Shown: positions 38,833 through 48,768 of the stretch, piece after piece
Layout of the letters: every line of letters starts with the position of its first letter
Numbering within the stretch: position 1 is the stretch's first letter
Source: Chloroflexota bacterium
GTDB lineage: Bacteria; Chloroflexota; Limnocylindria; Limnocylindrales; CSP1-4
Length of the DNA: 64,000 nt
Assembly: GCA_021786385.1 (NCBI GenBank)
Contig: JAJYNJ010000097.1
Coordinates: forward strand, 18,409 to 82,408
Reading direction: 5' to 3'
Translations under genes and position numbers: made by a program
Notes under the pieces: generated by a model
What the model was told of the DNA's origin: nothing
The model's database searches: none
The model's input: the letters and a program-made list of their open reading frames with translations, nothing else

Positions 38833-39490
38833 CTCGATCCCCTCCCGTGGCTCGCTGCTGTCTTGGCGACAGGATACGGCCGAGGGTGCCCCGGGGGACG
38901 TGCCATTCGTCGGGGGTCCGACACCCGACGAGGTGCGAGGGGCGCACGGAGCGCTGCGGCGGCTTGGGCGCGCGCGCGCCCCGCGACCTGATCGGGCGAG
39001 TGTCGGGCGCCGTCCGCGGCCGAGTGAACCGGGCCTCGTCCGCGGCGCACTGCATGCTCAAGGCCCGGCGCGCAGCATGCGCCGCCTACCGAGCACCTCG
39101 TCGACCAGGCACGAGGGCCTGGTCGCTGTGACCGCGCGCAATGGTGGTGATCGGTCGCGGCGGGACGCAGAACCTTCGTGGCCCACAGCAAGCGAGCTAC
39201 TCAAACCTACCGCAGCCGAGCTCATGCATCCACCGGCAGAGCCGATGCCGACCGATCCTCGGGTGTGAGCCGGATCCCAGCCAGGCAGTCCGCAACACGG
39301 CGCGGCACGTCAGCGCCGCTCCCGTCCCGATGCAACAGGCGGGGCCCGCGAGCAGCCAATGCAGGTCGCTCGCGGGCCCCGCCGGATCGGACGGTGACGT
39401 CGCACGTCGGTCACCGCAGCGAGACCGTAACCACGGGATACGAACCTCAGCGTCAGCCCTCCTTCCGGACAGCCGGCGCGGAGATCTCGA

Positions 39491-40540
39491 CTACTTGGTC
39501 ATGTACTGCGTCACGTTGGCCTTCGTGATCTCGATGAGCGGAGCGGCTGTGAATCCGCCCTGAACAGTGCCGCCGCTCGCGATTGTCACGAGATCGTCGA
39601 TCGCGGCCTTGGCCATGTATGCGGGTTGCTGCGCAACGGTCTCCAGCAGCGTTCCAGCTTGGACAGCCGCCATTCCGTCAGCCGTACCATCGATGGAACT
39701 GACCAGAACCTTGCCGGCCTTGCTGGCACCCTTGAGTGCCTGGATCGCTCCCAGTGCCATCTCGTCGTTCTCAGCGAATACACCGACGATGTCAGGGTGG
39801 GCCTGGAGGATATTCTCTGTGACCGTAAGCGCAGTGGCACGGTCGAACTGTGCCGTCTGCTCAGCCACCACTTTGATACCCGGATACGCTGTCAACGCCT
39901 CCTGCAAGCCCTTGGTGCGGTCGTTTGTGGCAGACGCACCGGGAACGCCAGTCAGCACCGCAACGTTGCCCTTGCCACCCAGCGCCTTGAACAGCGCAGT
40001 GCTCGCCAACTTACCAGCTTGAACGTTGTCGGAGGCGATGAACGCAGCGGTCTGAGCTCCGGAGCCGACCGCACGGTCAACGGCGATCACCGGGATATTG
40101 GCCGCGTTCGCTTCCTTAATTGCCGGCACAATCCCATTCGAGTCAACAGGATTGACGATGATCCCATTGACCTTCTTTGAGATAAAGTCTTCGATTTCCG
40201 ACGTCTGCTTAGAGAGGTCATTCTGACCGTCCGCCACGATCAGATTGACGCCCTTGGCAGCGGCCTCTTGCTTGGCCGCGTTCTCCATCGTCACAAAGTA
40301 CGGGTTGTTCAGGGTTGACAAGGCAATGCCGATGGTGATCGAGGTCGTGGCGGGCGAGGATGCTGTGCTCGCAGCCGGTGCGGGACTGACCGGGGCCGCA
40401 CTCACGGGTGCGGCACTGGCCGGCGCCGCACTGGCGGTCGTGGCGAGGCTTGGGGCATTCGTGGCGCTCGAACCGCAGGCAGCAAGCAGCAAGGTCGAGC
40501 CCGCGATCGCGACAATCACTGTCTTTCCGGGTAGAAGCAT
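39491..40540 (-). CDS. rbsB: Ribose ABC transporter substrate-binding lipoprotein
   Basis: Lipobox LLAAC, STLNNPYF, IIVNPVDS, VIAVDR, ASDN, NDEMALGA, IDGT. Confidence 0.85.
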   Translation of the reverse strand: MLLPGKTVIVAIAGSTLLLAACGSSATNAPSLATTASAAPASAAPVSAAPVSPAPAASTASSPATTSITIGIALSTLNNPYFVTMENAAKQEAAAKGVNLIVADGQNDLSKQTSEIEDFISKKVNGIIVNPVDSNGIVPAIKEANAANIPVIAVDRAVGSGAQTAAFIASDNVQAGKLASTALFKALGGKGNVAVLTGVPGASATNDRTKGLQEALTAYPGIKVVAEQTAQFDRATALTVTENILQAHPDIVGVFAENDEMALGAIQALKGASKAGKVLVSSIDGTADGMAAVQAGTLLETVAQQPAYMAKAAIDDLVTIASGGTVQGGFTAAPLIEITKANVTQYMTK

Positions 40541-40629
40541 GATGGTTCATCCTCCTCATAGTTGTGACGACAGGAAGGGAACATGGGGTTCGCCGGATCC
40601 ACCTCCTTCGGCCGAACAGGGGCCATCGC

Positions 40630-41622
40630 TCAGTCCGCACCAGATCGCGAGCGAAGCTCGTCGATGTGGCTGATTGCGACCGCGAGAACGATGACTACGC
40701 CTTCCGCGACCTGCTGATAGAAAGGAGAAACGTCAAGCAGGTTCATGCCATTGCTGAGAACCCCTAGGATGAGCGCTCCCAGGAGTGTGCGAGCCACCGA
40801 ACCCTCGCCGCCGAAGAGGCTCGTACCCCCCAGGACCACTGCGGCGATGGAATCGAGTTCGTATCCGACACCAGCCTGGGGATCAGCGGTCGCAAGTCGG
40901 CCTGCCAACACGACGCCGGCCAACCCGGCCAGCATGCCCGAGATCACATACACCGCAATCCTGACGCGGCGAACATCAATCGCAGAATATGCTGCTGCGC
41001 GTCGATTGCCACCCACGGCATAGACGTACCGACCAAACGCCGTGTACCGAAGCACAACATGGGACGCGGCAAACACGAGCAGCATGATGATAATCGGGAC
41101 CGGCACTGGCCCCACATAGCCGGCCCCGAGATACAGAAACGGCTGGGAAGCGACCCCGATCGGCTCGCCGCCCGAGTAGATAAGGTCGAGGCCCCTAGCC
41201 GCACTAAGCATCGCAAGAGTGACCACGAAATCAGGGATGCGAATCAGCATGATCGCCATGCCATCCACGAGGCCGGCCAGGGCCGCCACACCAAGGCCAG
41301 CCCCGATGCCGGCGACGAAACCAGCGTGAAGTGCGACACCCGCCGCGACAACCCCCGCCAGGCCGACCAGCGAGCCCACTGACAAGTCGATGCCCGCAGC
41401 CAAGATCACGAACGTCTGCCCAGCGGCGAGGATCGCGGTCACGGACACTTGGCGCCCGACGTTCAGTATGTTCTGCGACGTAAAGAAAGTTGGAGTTAGG
41501 ACGGTAAGGGCGGCGCACAGGGCGAGGAACGCAAGTACCAGTCCGTAATCCGCGACCGATATTGTCGTCGGGCGAGCGACGATCGAAGCTCGCGACTTCC
41601 TAGCACGAGTGCGCTCGGTCAC
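40630..41622 (-). CDS. rbsC: Ribose ABC permease
   Basis: GIDLSVGS, FGRYVYAVGGN, GYELDSIAAVVLGGTSLFGGEG. Confidence 0.88.
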   Translation of the reverse strand: MTERTRARKSRASIVARPTTISVADYGLVLAFLALCAALTVLTPTFFTSQNILNVGRQVSVTAILAAGQTFVILAAGIDLSVGSLVGLAGVVAAGVALHAGFVAGIGAGLGVAALAGLVDGMAIMLIRIPDFVVTLAMLSAARGLDLIYSGGEPIGVASQPFLYLGAGYVGPVPVPIIIMLLVFAASHVVLRYTAFGRYVYAVGGNRRAAAYSAIDVRRVRIAVYVISGMLAGLAGVVLAGRLATADPQAGVGYELDSIAAVVLGGTSLFGGEGSVARTLLGALILGVLSNGMNLLDVSPFYQQVAEGVVIVLAVAISHIDELRSRSGAD

Positions 41623-43109
41623 GCCGCCGCTCCCATGGTGACCATGTGAAGGACACGCTCCTGCGTGGCGTCCGGTCGATCCAGTGTCGTGACTACGCGC
41701 CCATCGCGCAGCACGACGACCCGATCAGCAAGCCCGAGCAGCTCGGGAAGGTCAGACGAAATCAGGATGATCCCGACGCCACCGCGAACAAGGTCGCCCA
41801 TGATCTGGTAGATCTCCGCCTTCGCACCGACGTCGACACCACGGGTGGGTTCGTCGAGGATCAATGCAGCCGGCCTGATCTCCAGCCACTTGGCGAGGAC
41901 CAGTTTCTGCTGATTTCCGCCAGACAGATGCAATGCCTGTGCGTCCAAGGACGGCGTCCTGATCCGCAGCTCTTGGACACGTCGCGTGACGATGTCACGC
42001 TCGCGCCCTCGGTCCACCCATCCGAAGCGCGATATGCGGGGCAGAATCACGTGCGTTTCGTTGTGGCGGACCGACAGGCTCAGAACAAGACCGAGGGTCT
42101 TGCGATCCTCAGGGAGATAACCGATGCCCACTCGCAGCGCGTCTCGCGGGGAGCGAATATGGACAGGACGCTGATCGACGGCCACTGTGCCGCGGTTGAT
42201 GGGCACCATCCCGAACAAAGCTTTGCCAATGCTCGTGCGACCGGAACCGATGACGCCGGCAATCCCCAAGATCTCCCCCCGGTGAAGACAGAACGTCACA
42301 TCCGTAAAGCGTCCCGCAGACGTCAGGCCGTGGACCGACAAGGTCTCTGGGCCGATCTGGACGTTTGCTTTCGGATACAGATCATCAAGCTGTCGGCCCA
42401 CCATCATGCGAATGACCTCGCCACGATCGTGTGTAGACGTCTCCCCCACCAAGCGCCCGTCTCGCAACACCGTCACTCGATCCGAAAGCTCCAGGACCTC
42501 TTCCATCCGGTGAGACACGAAGACGACCCCTACGCCGTGGTCCCGCAGGCTGCGCACTACGGCAAACAAGGCCTCGATCTCGCGCTCGGTGAGCGCCGAT
42601 GTGGGTTCGTCCATGATCAACACGCGCGCCTCGGCCGAGAGGGCTCGCGCAATCTCGACGAGCTGCTGGTCCGCCACGTTGAGCTGTCGCACCGGCGTGT
42701 CGAGCGGAAGTTGAACACCCAGCTTCCCAATGGCCTCACGTGCCTGTGCTCGAACAGATCTGCCATCGAGCAAACCCACGCGCGTGGGAAGATGGTCAAG
42801 GCAGATGTTCTCTGCGACCGTCAGCGCCGGGAACAGGTTGAACTCCTGATGAATGGACCGGATCCCGAGCGCCTGCGCCTCACGGGGAGAGGCGAGTGCC
42901 ACCCGCCGGCCCTGCAACTCAATTACGCCTGTGTCTGCCCGCTCAGCTCCGCCGATGATCTTGAGCAGAGTGGTCTTCCCCGCACCGTTTTCTCCGACGA
43001 GGCCGTGCACCTCACCCGCCTGCAGGTCGAAATCGATGCCGCTGAGCGCCACCACGCCAGGGTATGTTTTGGAGATGCCACGCAGCGAGAGGAGCGGAGT
43101 TGCGTTCAA
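41619..43109 (-). CDS. rbsA: Ribose ABC ATPase (two ABC domains)
   Basis: GENGAGKTT, MDEPTSAL, YLPEDRK, LSGGNQQK, LDEPTRGVDVGAK. Confidence 0.9.
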   Translation of the reverse strand: MNATPLLSLRGISKTYPGVVALSGIDFDLQAGEVHGLVGENGAGKTTLLKIIGGAERADTGVIELQGRRVALASPREAQALGIRSIHQEFNLFPALTVAENICLDHLPTRVGLLDGRSVRAQAREAIGKLGVQLPLDTPVRQLNVADQQLVEIARALSAEARVLIMDEPTSALTEREIEALFAVVRSLRDHGVGVVFVSHRMEEVLELSDRVTVLRDGRLVGETSTHDRGEVIRMMVGRQLDDLYPKANVQIGPETLSVHGLTSAGRFTDVTFCLHRGEILGIAGVIGSGRTSIGKALFGMVPINRGTVAVDQRPVHIRSPRDALRVGIGYLPEDRKTLGLVLSLSVRHNETHVILPRISRFGWVDRGRERDIVTRRVQELRIRTPSLDAQALHLSGGNQQKLVLAKWLEIRPAALILDEPTRGVDVGAKAEIYQIMGDLVRGGVGIILISSDLPELLGLADRVVVLRDGRVVTTLDRPDATQERVLHMVTMGAAA

Positions 43110-43504
43110 AAGGCCACCCCCGCCCGCAGTACGACGTTGGCGTACGGCGTGAACTCTCCGGTTCTGATCACCGCCACGGCCTCCGATGTCATCTGCTTGA
43201 GGTCATCGTGCGGGACACGCATGACGGCGATGGAAGGCTCCAGCACCTGAGCGACGGCGCCCGCCAGCGACGGGTTACCTGAGCCTAGTTCGGTGGCGAT
43301 CGTCGCAGCCTCGAAGACCCCCTCCTCGACTACGGCCTGAAGCACCGGGAGAAACCCCGGAAGACCCGGCTGGACGGCTAAGTCAATGCGCCGGACAGAG
43401 GGCGGGATGGGCAGGCCCGCGTCCGCCACTACCAGCAACTGGCCATGCCCCAGTCCTGCAATGACACCGGCCAATTCCGCGTGAAGCAGTCCCCTGGACC
43501 TCAT
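43106..43504 (-). CDS. rbsD: D-ribose pyranase
   Basis: LGHGQLLVVADAGLP, RRIDLAV, HDDLK, IRTGEFTPYANVVL. Confidence 0.93.
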   Translation of the reverse strand: MRSRGLLHAELAGVIAGLGHGQLLVVADAGLPIPPSVRRIDLAVQPGLPGFLPVLQAVVEEGVFEAATIATELGSGNPSLAGAVAQVLEPSIAVMRVPHDDLKQMTSEAVAVIRTGEFTPYANVVLRAGVAF

Positions 43505-44421
43505 GTCAGCCGCGCCTCCAACACAAACCCATCGACCTCCTCGCGACACGGCAGACTGGCCTGCGCCCCTCTTCTCGTGACAGAGATCGCAGCCGCCCGG
43601 TTGGCGAATACGACCGCGGACGCCAGCGGCCGGCCCTCCGCAAGGGTCACGGCCAAGGCGCCGGCGAACGCGTCGCCGGCTGCCGTCGTGTCCACGGACT
43701 CCAGTGGGAGCGCCGGCACGTGCGTCACGTAACTGCCTTCCACGAGCATCGCGCCCTCAGCGTCGAGTTTGAGCACCACCGCATGAGGCCCGTGGCTAGC
43801 GAGACGTGCCGCGACCAATCGCGCCGCCTGCGCGTCCACGGCCGGCATCCCCGTCAGGACTTCCGCTTCTGTGCGATTCGGCGTCAGAATGTCGACGCTC
43901 TGCCACAGTTCCTCGGGTAGCGGACGGACCGGAGCAGGATCAAGGACAACCACGGCGCCGGCCGCACGCCCCGCCCTGGCCGCTGCCAGGACGGTGTCAA
44001 TCGGGATCTCCAGTTGCAGAAGCACCACGCGCGTGCCTTGCCACCGCAGTGTGCTGAGATCGCGCGGGGCGAGCATCGCGTTGGCTCCGGGGATCACCAC
44101 AGTACGGTTGGCACCGCCGTGCTCGACTCCTACGATGGCCATGCCTGTCGGCAGCTGGGAGTCAGTGACGACGTGCCCGACATCCACACCGAGTGCGCCA
44201 AGACTGCGGCGTAGATACCGGCCGGACTCGTCGTCTCCCACCCGGCCGACCATCGCAACATCACCGCCAAGCAGAGCGGCGGCAGCAGCCTGATTGGCAC
44301 CCTTTCCTCCGGGGAAACGCGCCACGCTGTCGCCCGTGAGCGTTTCCCCGCGTTCCGGCCAGCGGGAGACGCTCACCACGATGTCGAGGTTGAGGCTGCC
44401 AACGACCACAATCGGGCCCAT
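43501..44421 (-). CDS. rbsK: Ribokinase
   Basis: VVGSLNLD, PGGKGANQA, LLQLEIP, TPNRTEA, DTTAAGDAF. Confidence 0.93.
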   Translation of the reverse strand: MGPIVVVGSLNLDIVVSVSRWPERGETLTGDSVARFPGGKGANQAAAAALLGGDVAMVGRVGDDESGRYLRRSLGALGVDVGHVVTDSQLPTGMAIVGVEHGGANRTVVIPGANAMLAPRDLSTLRWQGTRVVLLQLEIPIDTVLAAARAGRAAGAVVVLDPAPVRPLPEELWQSVDILTPNRTEAEVLTGMPAVDAQAARLVAARLASHGPHAVVLKLDAEGAMLVEGSYVTHVPALPLESVDTTAAGDAFAGALAVTLAEGRPLASAVVFANRAAAISVTRRGAQASLPCREEVDGFVLEARLT

Positions 44422-44424
44422 GGC

Positions 44425-45408
44425 TCAGGTTGACTCCCTGATCACCAAGTGGGGTTCGACAACCACATCAGAAGTCGGTGCACCTGGGTCGGCCATATGA
44501 CGCGCCAACAACTCCCAAGCCTGGACGCCGATCTGGTACGCCGGTTGCAGCACGGTGGTTAGGCGAGGCCGCACGAGGCGCGCCAGCAGCGTGTCGTCAA
44601 ATCCAACGAGCGCAAGGCGCTGAGGGATGGCCCAACCGCGGTCTTGGCACGCCTGAAGAGCTCCGATCGCGATCAAGTCATCCGCGGCGAACACGGCGGA
44701 AATCTCCAGCCCGGAGTCGATCCAGTGGAGCATCCGTTCGTAACCGCTCTCGTAGCTGAAGGGTCCGCGCGCGATCCACTCCGCCCGCGGGTCGATGCCT
44801 GCTTCGAGGAGCGCCTCGCGGTATCCGCCGAGCCGATCCTCTGCCGAGGCAACGTGCTCCGGGCCACCGAGATGCGCGATGCGTTGATGACCACGCGCCA
44901 CAAGATGCTGGACCGCCAGACGGGCGCCCAAGCGGTGATCCGTGCTCACGTAGCTCACGCGCCATCCCGGCACTCGTCGGTCGAGCAGGACCACCGGCAC
45001 GTCTCCGACCAATTCGGCAAGGGCGGCGGGCGCACCTGTCGAGGCGATGATCATGCCGTCGACCAATCGGTCGCGGAGCAGGCCCACGTATTCAGCCTCG
45101 CGCTCGGGCACGTTATCCGCGTTGCCGAAGATCACCGCATAGCCATCCGCGTGAGCTGCGTCCTCGACCCCGCGAGCTAGGGAGGGAAAGAAGGGGTTGG
45201 AAACGTCGGGCAAGATGAGGCCGGCGGTCCGGAACTTGCCAGTCGCCAGCGCCTTCGCGACGCCGTTGGCACGATAGTTGAGCACGCGGGCAGCTTGGAG
45301 AACCCGGTCACGGGTCGCGGGTCGTACACCTGCGTATCCGTTCAAGACTCGCGAGACCGTGGCGGTGCCGACCCCCGCGCTGGCTGCAACGTCTCGGATC
45401 GTGGCCAC
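44425..45408 (-). CDS. rbsR: LacI-family regulator (RbsR-like)
   Basis: TIRDVAASAGVGTATVSRVLN HTH, NPFF, DDLIAIGA, VGFDD, LTTV. Confidence 0.88.
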   Translation of the reverse strand: MATIRDVAASAGVGTATVSRVLNGYAGVRPATRDRVLQAARVLNYRANGVAKALATGKFRTAGLILPDVSNPFFPSLARGVEDAAHADGYAVIFGNADNVPEREAEYVGLLRDRLVDGMIIASTGAPAALAELVGDVPVVLLDRRVPGWRVSYVSTDHRLGARLAVQHLVARGHQRIAHLGGPEHVASAEDRLGGYREALLEAGIDPRAEWIARGPFSYESGYERMLHWIDSGLEISAVFAADDLIAIGALQACQDRGWAIPQRLALVGFDDTLLARLVRPRLTTVLQPAYQIGVQAWELLARHMADPGAPTSDVVVEPHLVIREST

Positions 45409-45442
45409 TCCGGAGAACCTCTCGCTGCCGGTCCACCGTTGA

Positions 45443-45477
45443 CGAAACCGCTTCCATCATCGATGAAAGCGGTTTCA
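45443..45477. promoter_or_regulatory. Two tandem LacI-type operators upstream of rbsR
   Basis: GAAACCGCTTCC (45444-45455) and TGAAAGCGGTTTCA (45464-45477). Their central CG dinucleotides are 21 bp apart, and both fit the GAAANCGNTTTC pattern. Confidence 0.75.
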
Positions 45478-46923
45478 TACTACCGCCTCAGTCAACCTGT
45501 TCTGTCTCAGGGCCAGCTCTGCCAGTGTCGTCGCAAACTCCCGGGCCCCAAACGGCTCCTCTCACGCCGAACCACCACGACGTGGCTGCGGCTCCGGTGG
45601 CCCGACCTAACGTCATCGTGTGTGGGAACGGGGCCGCGCTGAAGACAACTGACCTGACCGGGAAAGAGCAGGCCGTACCCTTCCGACTGAGTCTGACTTC
45701 ACGGAGGGAAGGTCCGCTGCGACGGTACGCTATCCGCGCTCAGGAGCCGGTGCGGAGGACCGGTGCAGTCATCGCGAGCACGTTCGAAGGGGTCGCCGCC
45801 GAGGACCACCGGCGGATTCTTGCGCGGGTCCTCTGGGGCGGCGCCTGATTCGGGCGTGAGCGCGATCAGCCCGCTGGCGCTGAGACCGGCTGCCGGGACG
45901 CCCGTGGCCGACCCGGCCAGATCGGGGTCAGGACCTGGTCGATCGAGGTGCGTCTGCCGCCGTGTCCGATCTCCCGCCGCGAACCGAGCCCTGCCGCTCG
46001 GCGCTCCGCCCGAAGCGGCGTGACCGCAGCCCGGAGACCTGAGCGCCCCTTTGCCAGGCCGTACCTAGAGGGCTTGAGCTCGGCCGACTGCGAGCCAGTC
46101 TTCCGCCAGATCCGGGGGGCGAAGGCGCCGCTGAGCAGTTCAACGATCACCTGGCTCAAGGCGGCCTAGGAGGTCGATTACCGGACTTGGCGTCCCCACT
46201 GGCGGATCCGCCCGATGGACGGCCGCTGCGCGCACACGGGCGGTGACGAGCTGTGCCTCGGCGTCGGGCTCGAGGACGAGTACTCCCGCCTGCTCCTCAT
46301 CGCGGGCGCCCGAGCCAACGGAGCGAACGAGCTGCTCGCTACGCGGCTTGGCCGCTGCCTGCGCGCCGACTCCTGAACCCGCATCCCCCATGACCTCCGT
46401 GATCGGGGCCTGGGCGCACCGCTCGTTGCCGTCGCCGACGGCTCCTCGCAGTCGGGTCGCCGCCGACCTGGGCGGCTCACACTGCGAGACACGGCCCTCC
46501 GCCCTGCCACCAAGGAGTGCAGCCCCGGGGCGGCCGAGAAGCCGCGGGCAGGATCACTGGCGCCGAACCGATGATCACGGCCACGATGGATGCGCTGCGC
46601 ACCTACCTCGCCGATCCGATCGAAGTCGTCGAGCGATCCGCGGCAACCGTCCTCCCGCCGAACGGTGCCGACGAAGTCCACTGGATCGAGGGAGGCGACG
46701 ATCCGGTCGTGGATATCGAGACGCGGCTCGCGGCGTCCCGCGGTTGCCAAGACGTCGACCTCCCCCTCCAGGAACGTTGGAGCCCGCGCCAGACGCGATC
46801 GATGAGTTCCTGCGCCTGTCGAGCGTCTGGCTCGCGAACGCGAAGCCGGGCCGCTCCCCGCACTTCGCTGCCTGAGGTGGCGGGGCCGCGAAGCGGAGGA
46901 CGGGCTGGTACACTCAGCCCCGC

Positions 46924-46998
46924 GCCGACATAGCTCAGCGGTAGAGCAGCTGTTTCGTAAACAGCAGGTCCTCGGTTCAAATCCGAGTGTCGGCTCCA
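46924..46998 (+). tRNA. tRNA-Thr (anticodon CGT), CCA encoded
   Basis: Acceptor stem GCCGACA/TGTCGGC, D-arm TAGCTCAGCGGTAGAGC, anticodon stem GCTGT-TTCGTAA-ACAGC, T-loop GGTTCAAATCC, 3' TCCA. TGGTACACT lies upstream. Confidence 0.97.
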
Positions 46999-47011
46999 GC
47001 GACTCGAACGT

Positions 47012-47049
47012 GAAACCGCCGCCCTAGGACAACCCAGGGCGGCGGTTTC
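47012..47049 (+). terminator. Stem-loop downstream of the tRNA
   Basis: Perfect 14-bp stem GAAACCGCCGCCCT / AGGGCGGCGGTTTC with a 10-nt loop. Confidence 0.75.
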
Positions 47050-47379
47050 GGCATCGGCTGGGCACGAGCGGGGCGGTCGTGCCGCCAGACGTGCTGCCAC
47101 GCGACCCGCATGGGCACGCCCAGCAGGCGTCGTCGGCGTCGAATCCCCGCGCTGGGAAGGTACTGCACCAGCCAGACCGAACCGCCACCGAGGCTGCCGC
47201 CGCTCCGGCCTGCGCGTCCGCCCGGTCGGACTCAGTCGGCCCCGCCATCCCGCACGCGTCGCCGCGGTTGTGCCGGCACCGACACGGCGCGGACGGGCAC
47301 GGGCGCGCGGTGCGGGCATATCCTGGTGGGGTCCGGCACCCGTCGCCCCGGCCGATGCAGATCGCAGGGAGACCCGCGG

Positions 47380-48411
47380 ATGGCTGTCACGTTTGGCTAC
47401 GCGCTGATCACATGCGAGCGCCACCCCGCGGTCGACCGCACGGCGGGCGAGCTCTACCGTGACGCGCTGGCACTCGCGCAGCGCGCCGAACAACTCGGCC
47501 TCGACTCGGTCTGGACCAGCGAACACCATTTCGTCGACACCGAGTACCTGCCGTCCCCGCTCCTGATGGCAGCCGCCATGGCCGCCGTCACGCGCCGCAT
47601 CCACGTGGGGACGGGGGTCATGCTCGGTCCGCTCTACCATCCCGTACACGTCGCCGAGGATGCCGCGACCGCCGACCTGATCGCGGATGGTCGCTTGATC
47701 CTAGGGCTTGGGCTCGGCTGGTCGGGGATCGAGTTCCGAGCCTTCGGCGTCGACCGCTCGCTGCGCGCCCGGGCGATGGAGGAGCTGCTCGACGTGCTCG
47801 AAGGTGCCGCCCGCGACGACCTCCTGCGCCACCACGGTCGGATCTGGGATCTCCCGGAGGTAGCGGTGCGACCGAAGCCGGCACGCGGGAAGCTGACCGT
47901 CTGGCTCGGAGGGACGGCGGAGCCTGCGCTGCGACGCGCGGCGCGTCGGGCGGACGGTGTCTTCTTGCACACGCCGATCGACCAGTTCCGCACGCAGATG
48001 GCGGCGATCCGCGACGAGCTGGCGCGGGTTGGGCGCGACCCGGCGACCTTCCAGGTGGCGGTCTACCTGACGATCGTGCCCACCCACGACGGCACGGACG
48101 GCTGGCATCAGTACGGTGATCTAGTGCGCCTCACGCAATGGAAGTATCGGGACTTGCGCGCGGCCGCCACGCGGGTCTCCCAGCCGCTACCCACAGGTGG
48201 GCCGCTGCCGCCCGAAGACGAGGCGCTGGTGCGCGGCTGCTACATCGGCGGGCCGCCGGAAGCCGTGGCGGACCAGCTGCAGGCGTACGTCGACGCGGCC
48301 GGTGGCAGCCTGCACATCGTGGCCCGGGACTACCTGCCGGGGCTCGACCCGGCACAGCAACGGGAGCTCTTGGAGCGCTTCGCGACCGAGGTGCCCCCGC
48401 TCTTCGCATGA
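47380..48411 (+). CDS. LLM-class (luciferase-like) flavin/F420-dependent oxidoreductase
   Basis: GLDSVWTSEHHF, HVGTGV, AEDAATADLIADGRLILGLGLG, VWLGG, RRAARRADG. Confidence 0.9.
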   Translation: MAVTFGYALITCERHPAVDRTAGELYRDALALAQRAEQLGLDSVWTSEHHFVDTEYLPSPLLMAAAMAAVTRRIHVGTGVMLGPLYHPVHVAEDAATADLIADGRLILGLGLGWSGIEFRAFGVDRSLRARAMEELLDVLEGAARDDLLRHHGRIWDLPEVAVRPKPARGKLTVWLGGTAEPALRRAARRADGVFLHTPIDQFRTQMAAIRDELARVGRDPATFQVAVYLTIVPTHDGTDGWHQYGDLVRLTQWKYRDLRAAATRVSQPLPTGGPLPPEDEALVRGCYIGGPPEAVADQLQAYVDAAGGSLHIVARDYLPGLDPAQQRELLERFATEVPPLFA

Positions 48412-48441
48412 GCCCGCTCCGCATCGCGTGAGGAACGAACG

Positions 48442-48695
48442 ATGATCGACCTCACAACCTCGCCCAGAACCCGCGCGCGGCGCTCCACCTACGGACCGAC
48501 GAGCACGCCAACGACGTGATCGTCCTCACCGGGCGCGCCGTCGTCGATCGGACCGCCCCACCTGCCGATGAAGTGCCGCAGTACCAGGAGAAGTACCGCC
48601 CGCTGATCGCCGCGTTGGGCATGACGCCGGACGAGTTCGCCGCCAGCTACGCCGTCGCCATCCGCTTCGTTGCGGACCGCATCTCGGGCTGCTGA
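48442..48695 (+). pseudogene. Internally deleted PPOX-class (TIGR03667-like, F420-dependent) gene
   Basis: SD GAGGAA and ATG-IDLT at 48442 join out of frame to HNLAQNPRAALHL...DVIVLTGRA...APPADEVPQYQEKY...GMTPDEFAASYAVAIR (frame from 48453, stop 48693-48695). Confidence 0.65.
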
Positions 48696-48768
48696 ACCCG
48701 CCATGTGCGTCCGCCACGAGGTCGTCTCGGTCGCCGGACGCCTCTTGAGCGATCTGCGCACTCCGGTC

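Noticed and set aside
38833-39490. Small ORFs and a 9-bp hairpin (39102-39125) between ferritin and rbsB
   Set aside because: No recognisable product, and the hairpin is too far from rbsB and lacks a U-tract, so no function can be assigned.
46924-47049. tRNA-anchored integrative element (attL/attR)
   Set aside because: No duplicate of the tRNA 3' end and no integrase seen. The foreign-looking rbs block lies on the 5' side of the tRNA, and the 3' side has a normal terminator.
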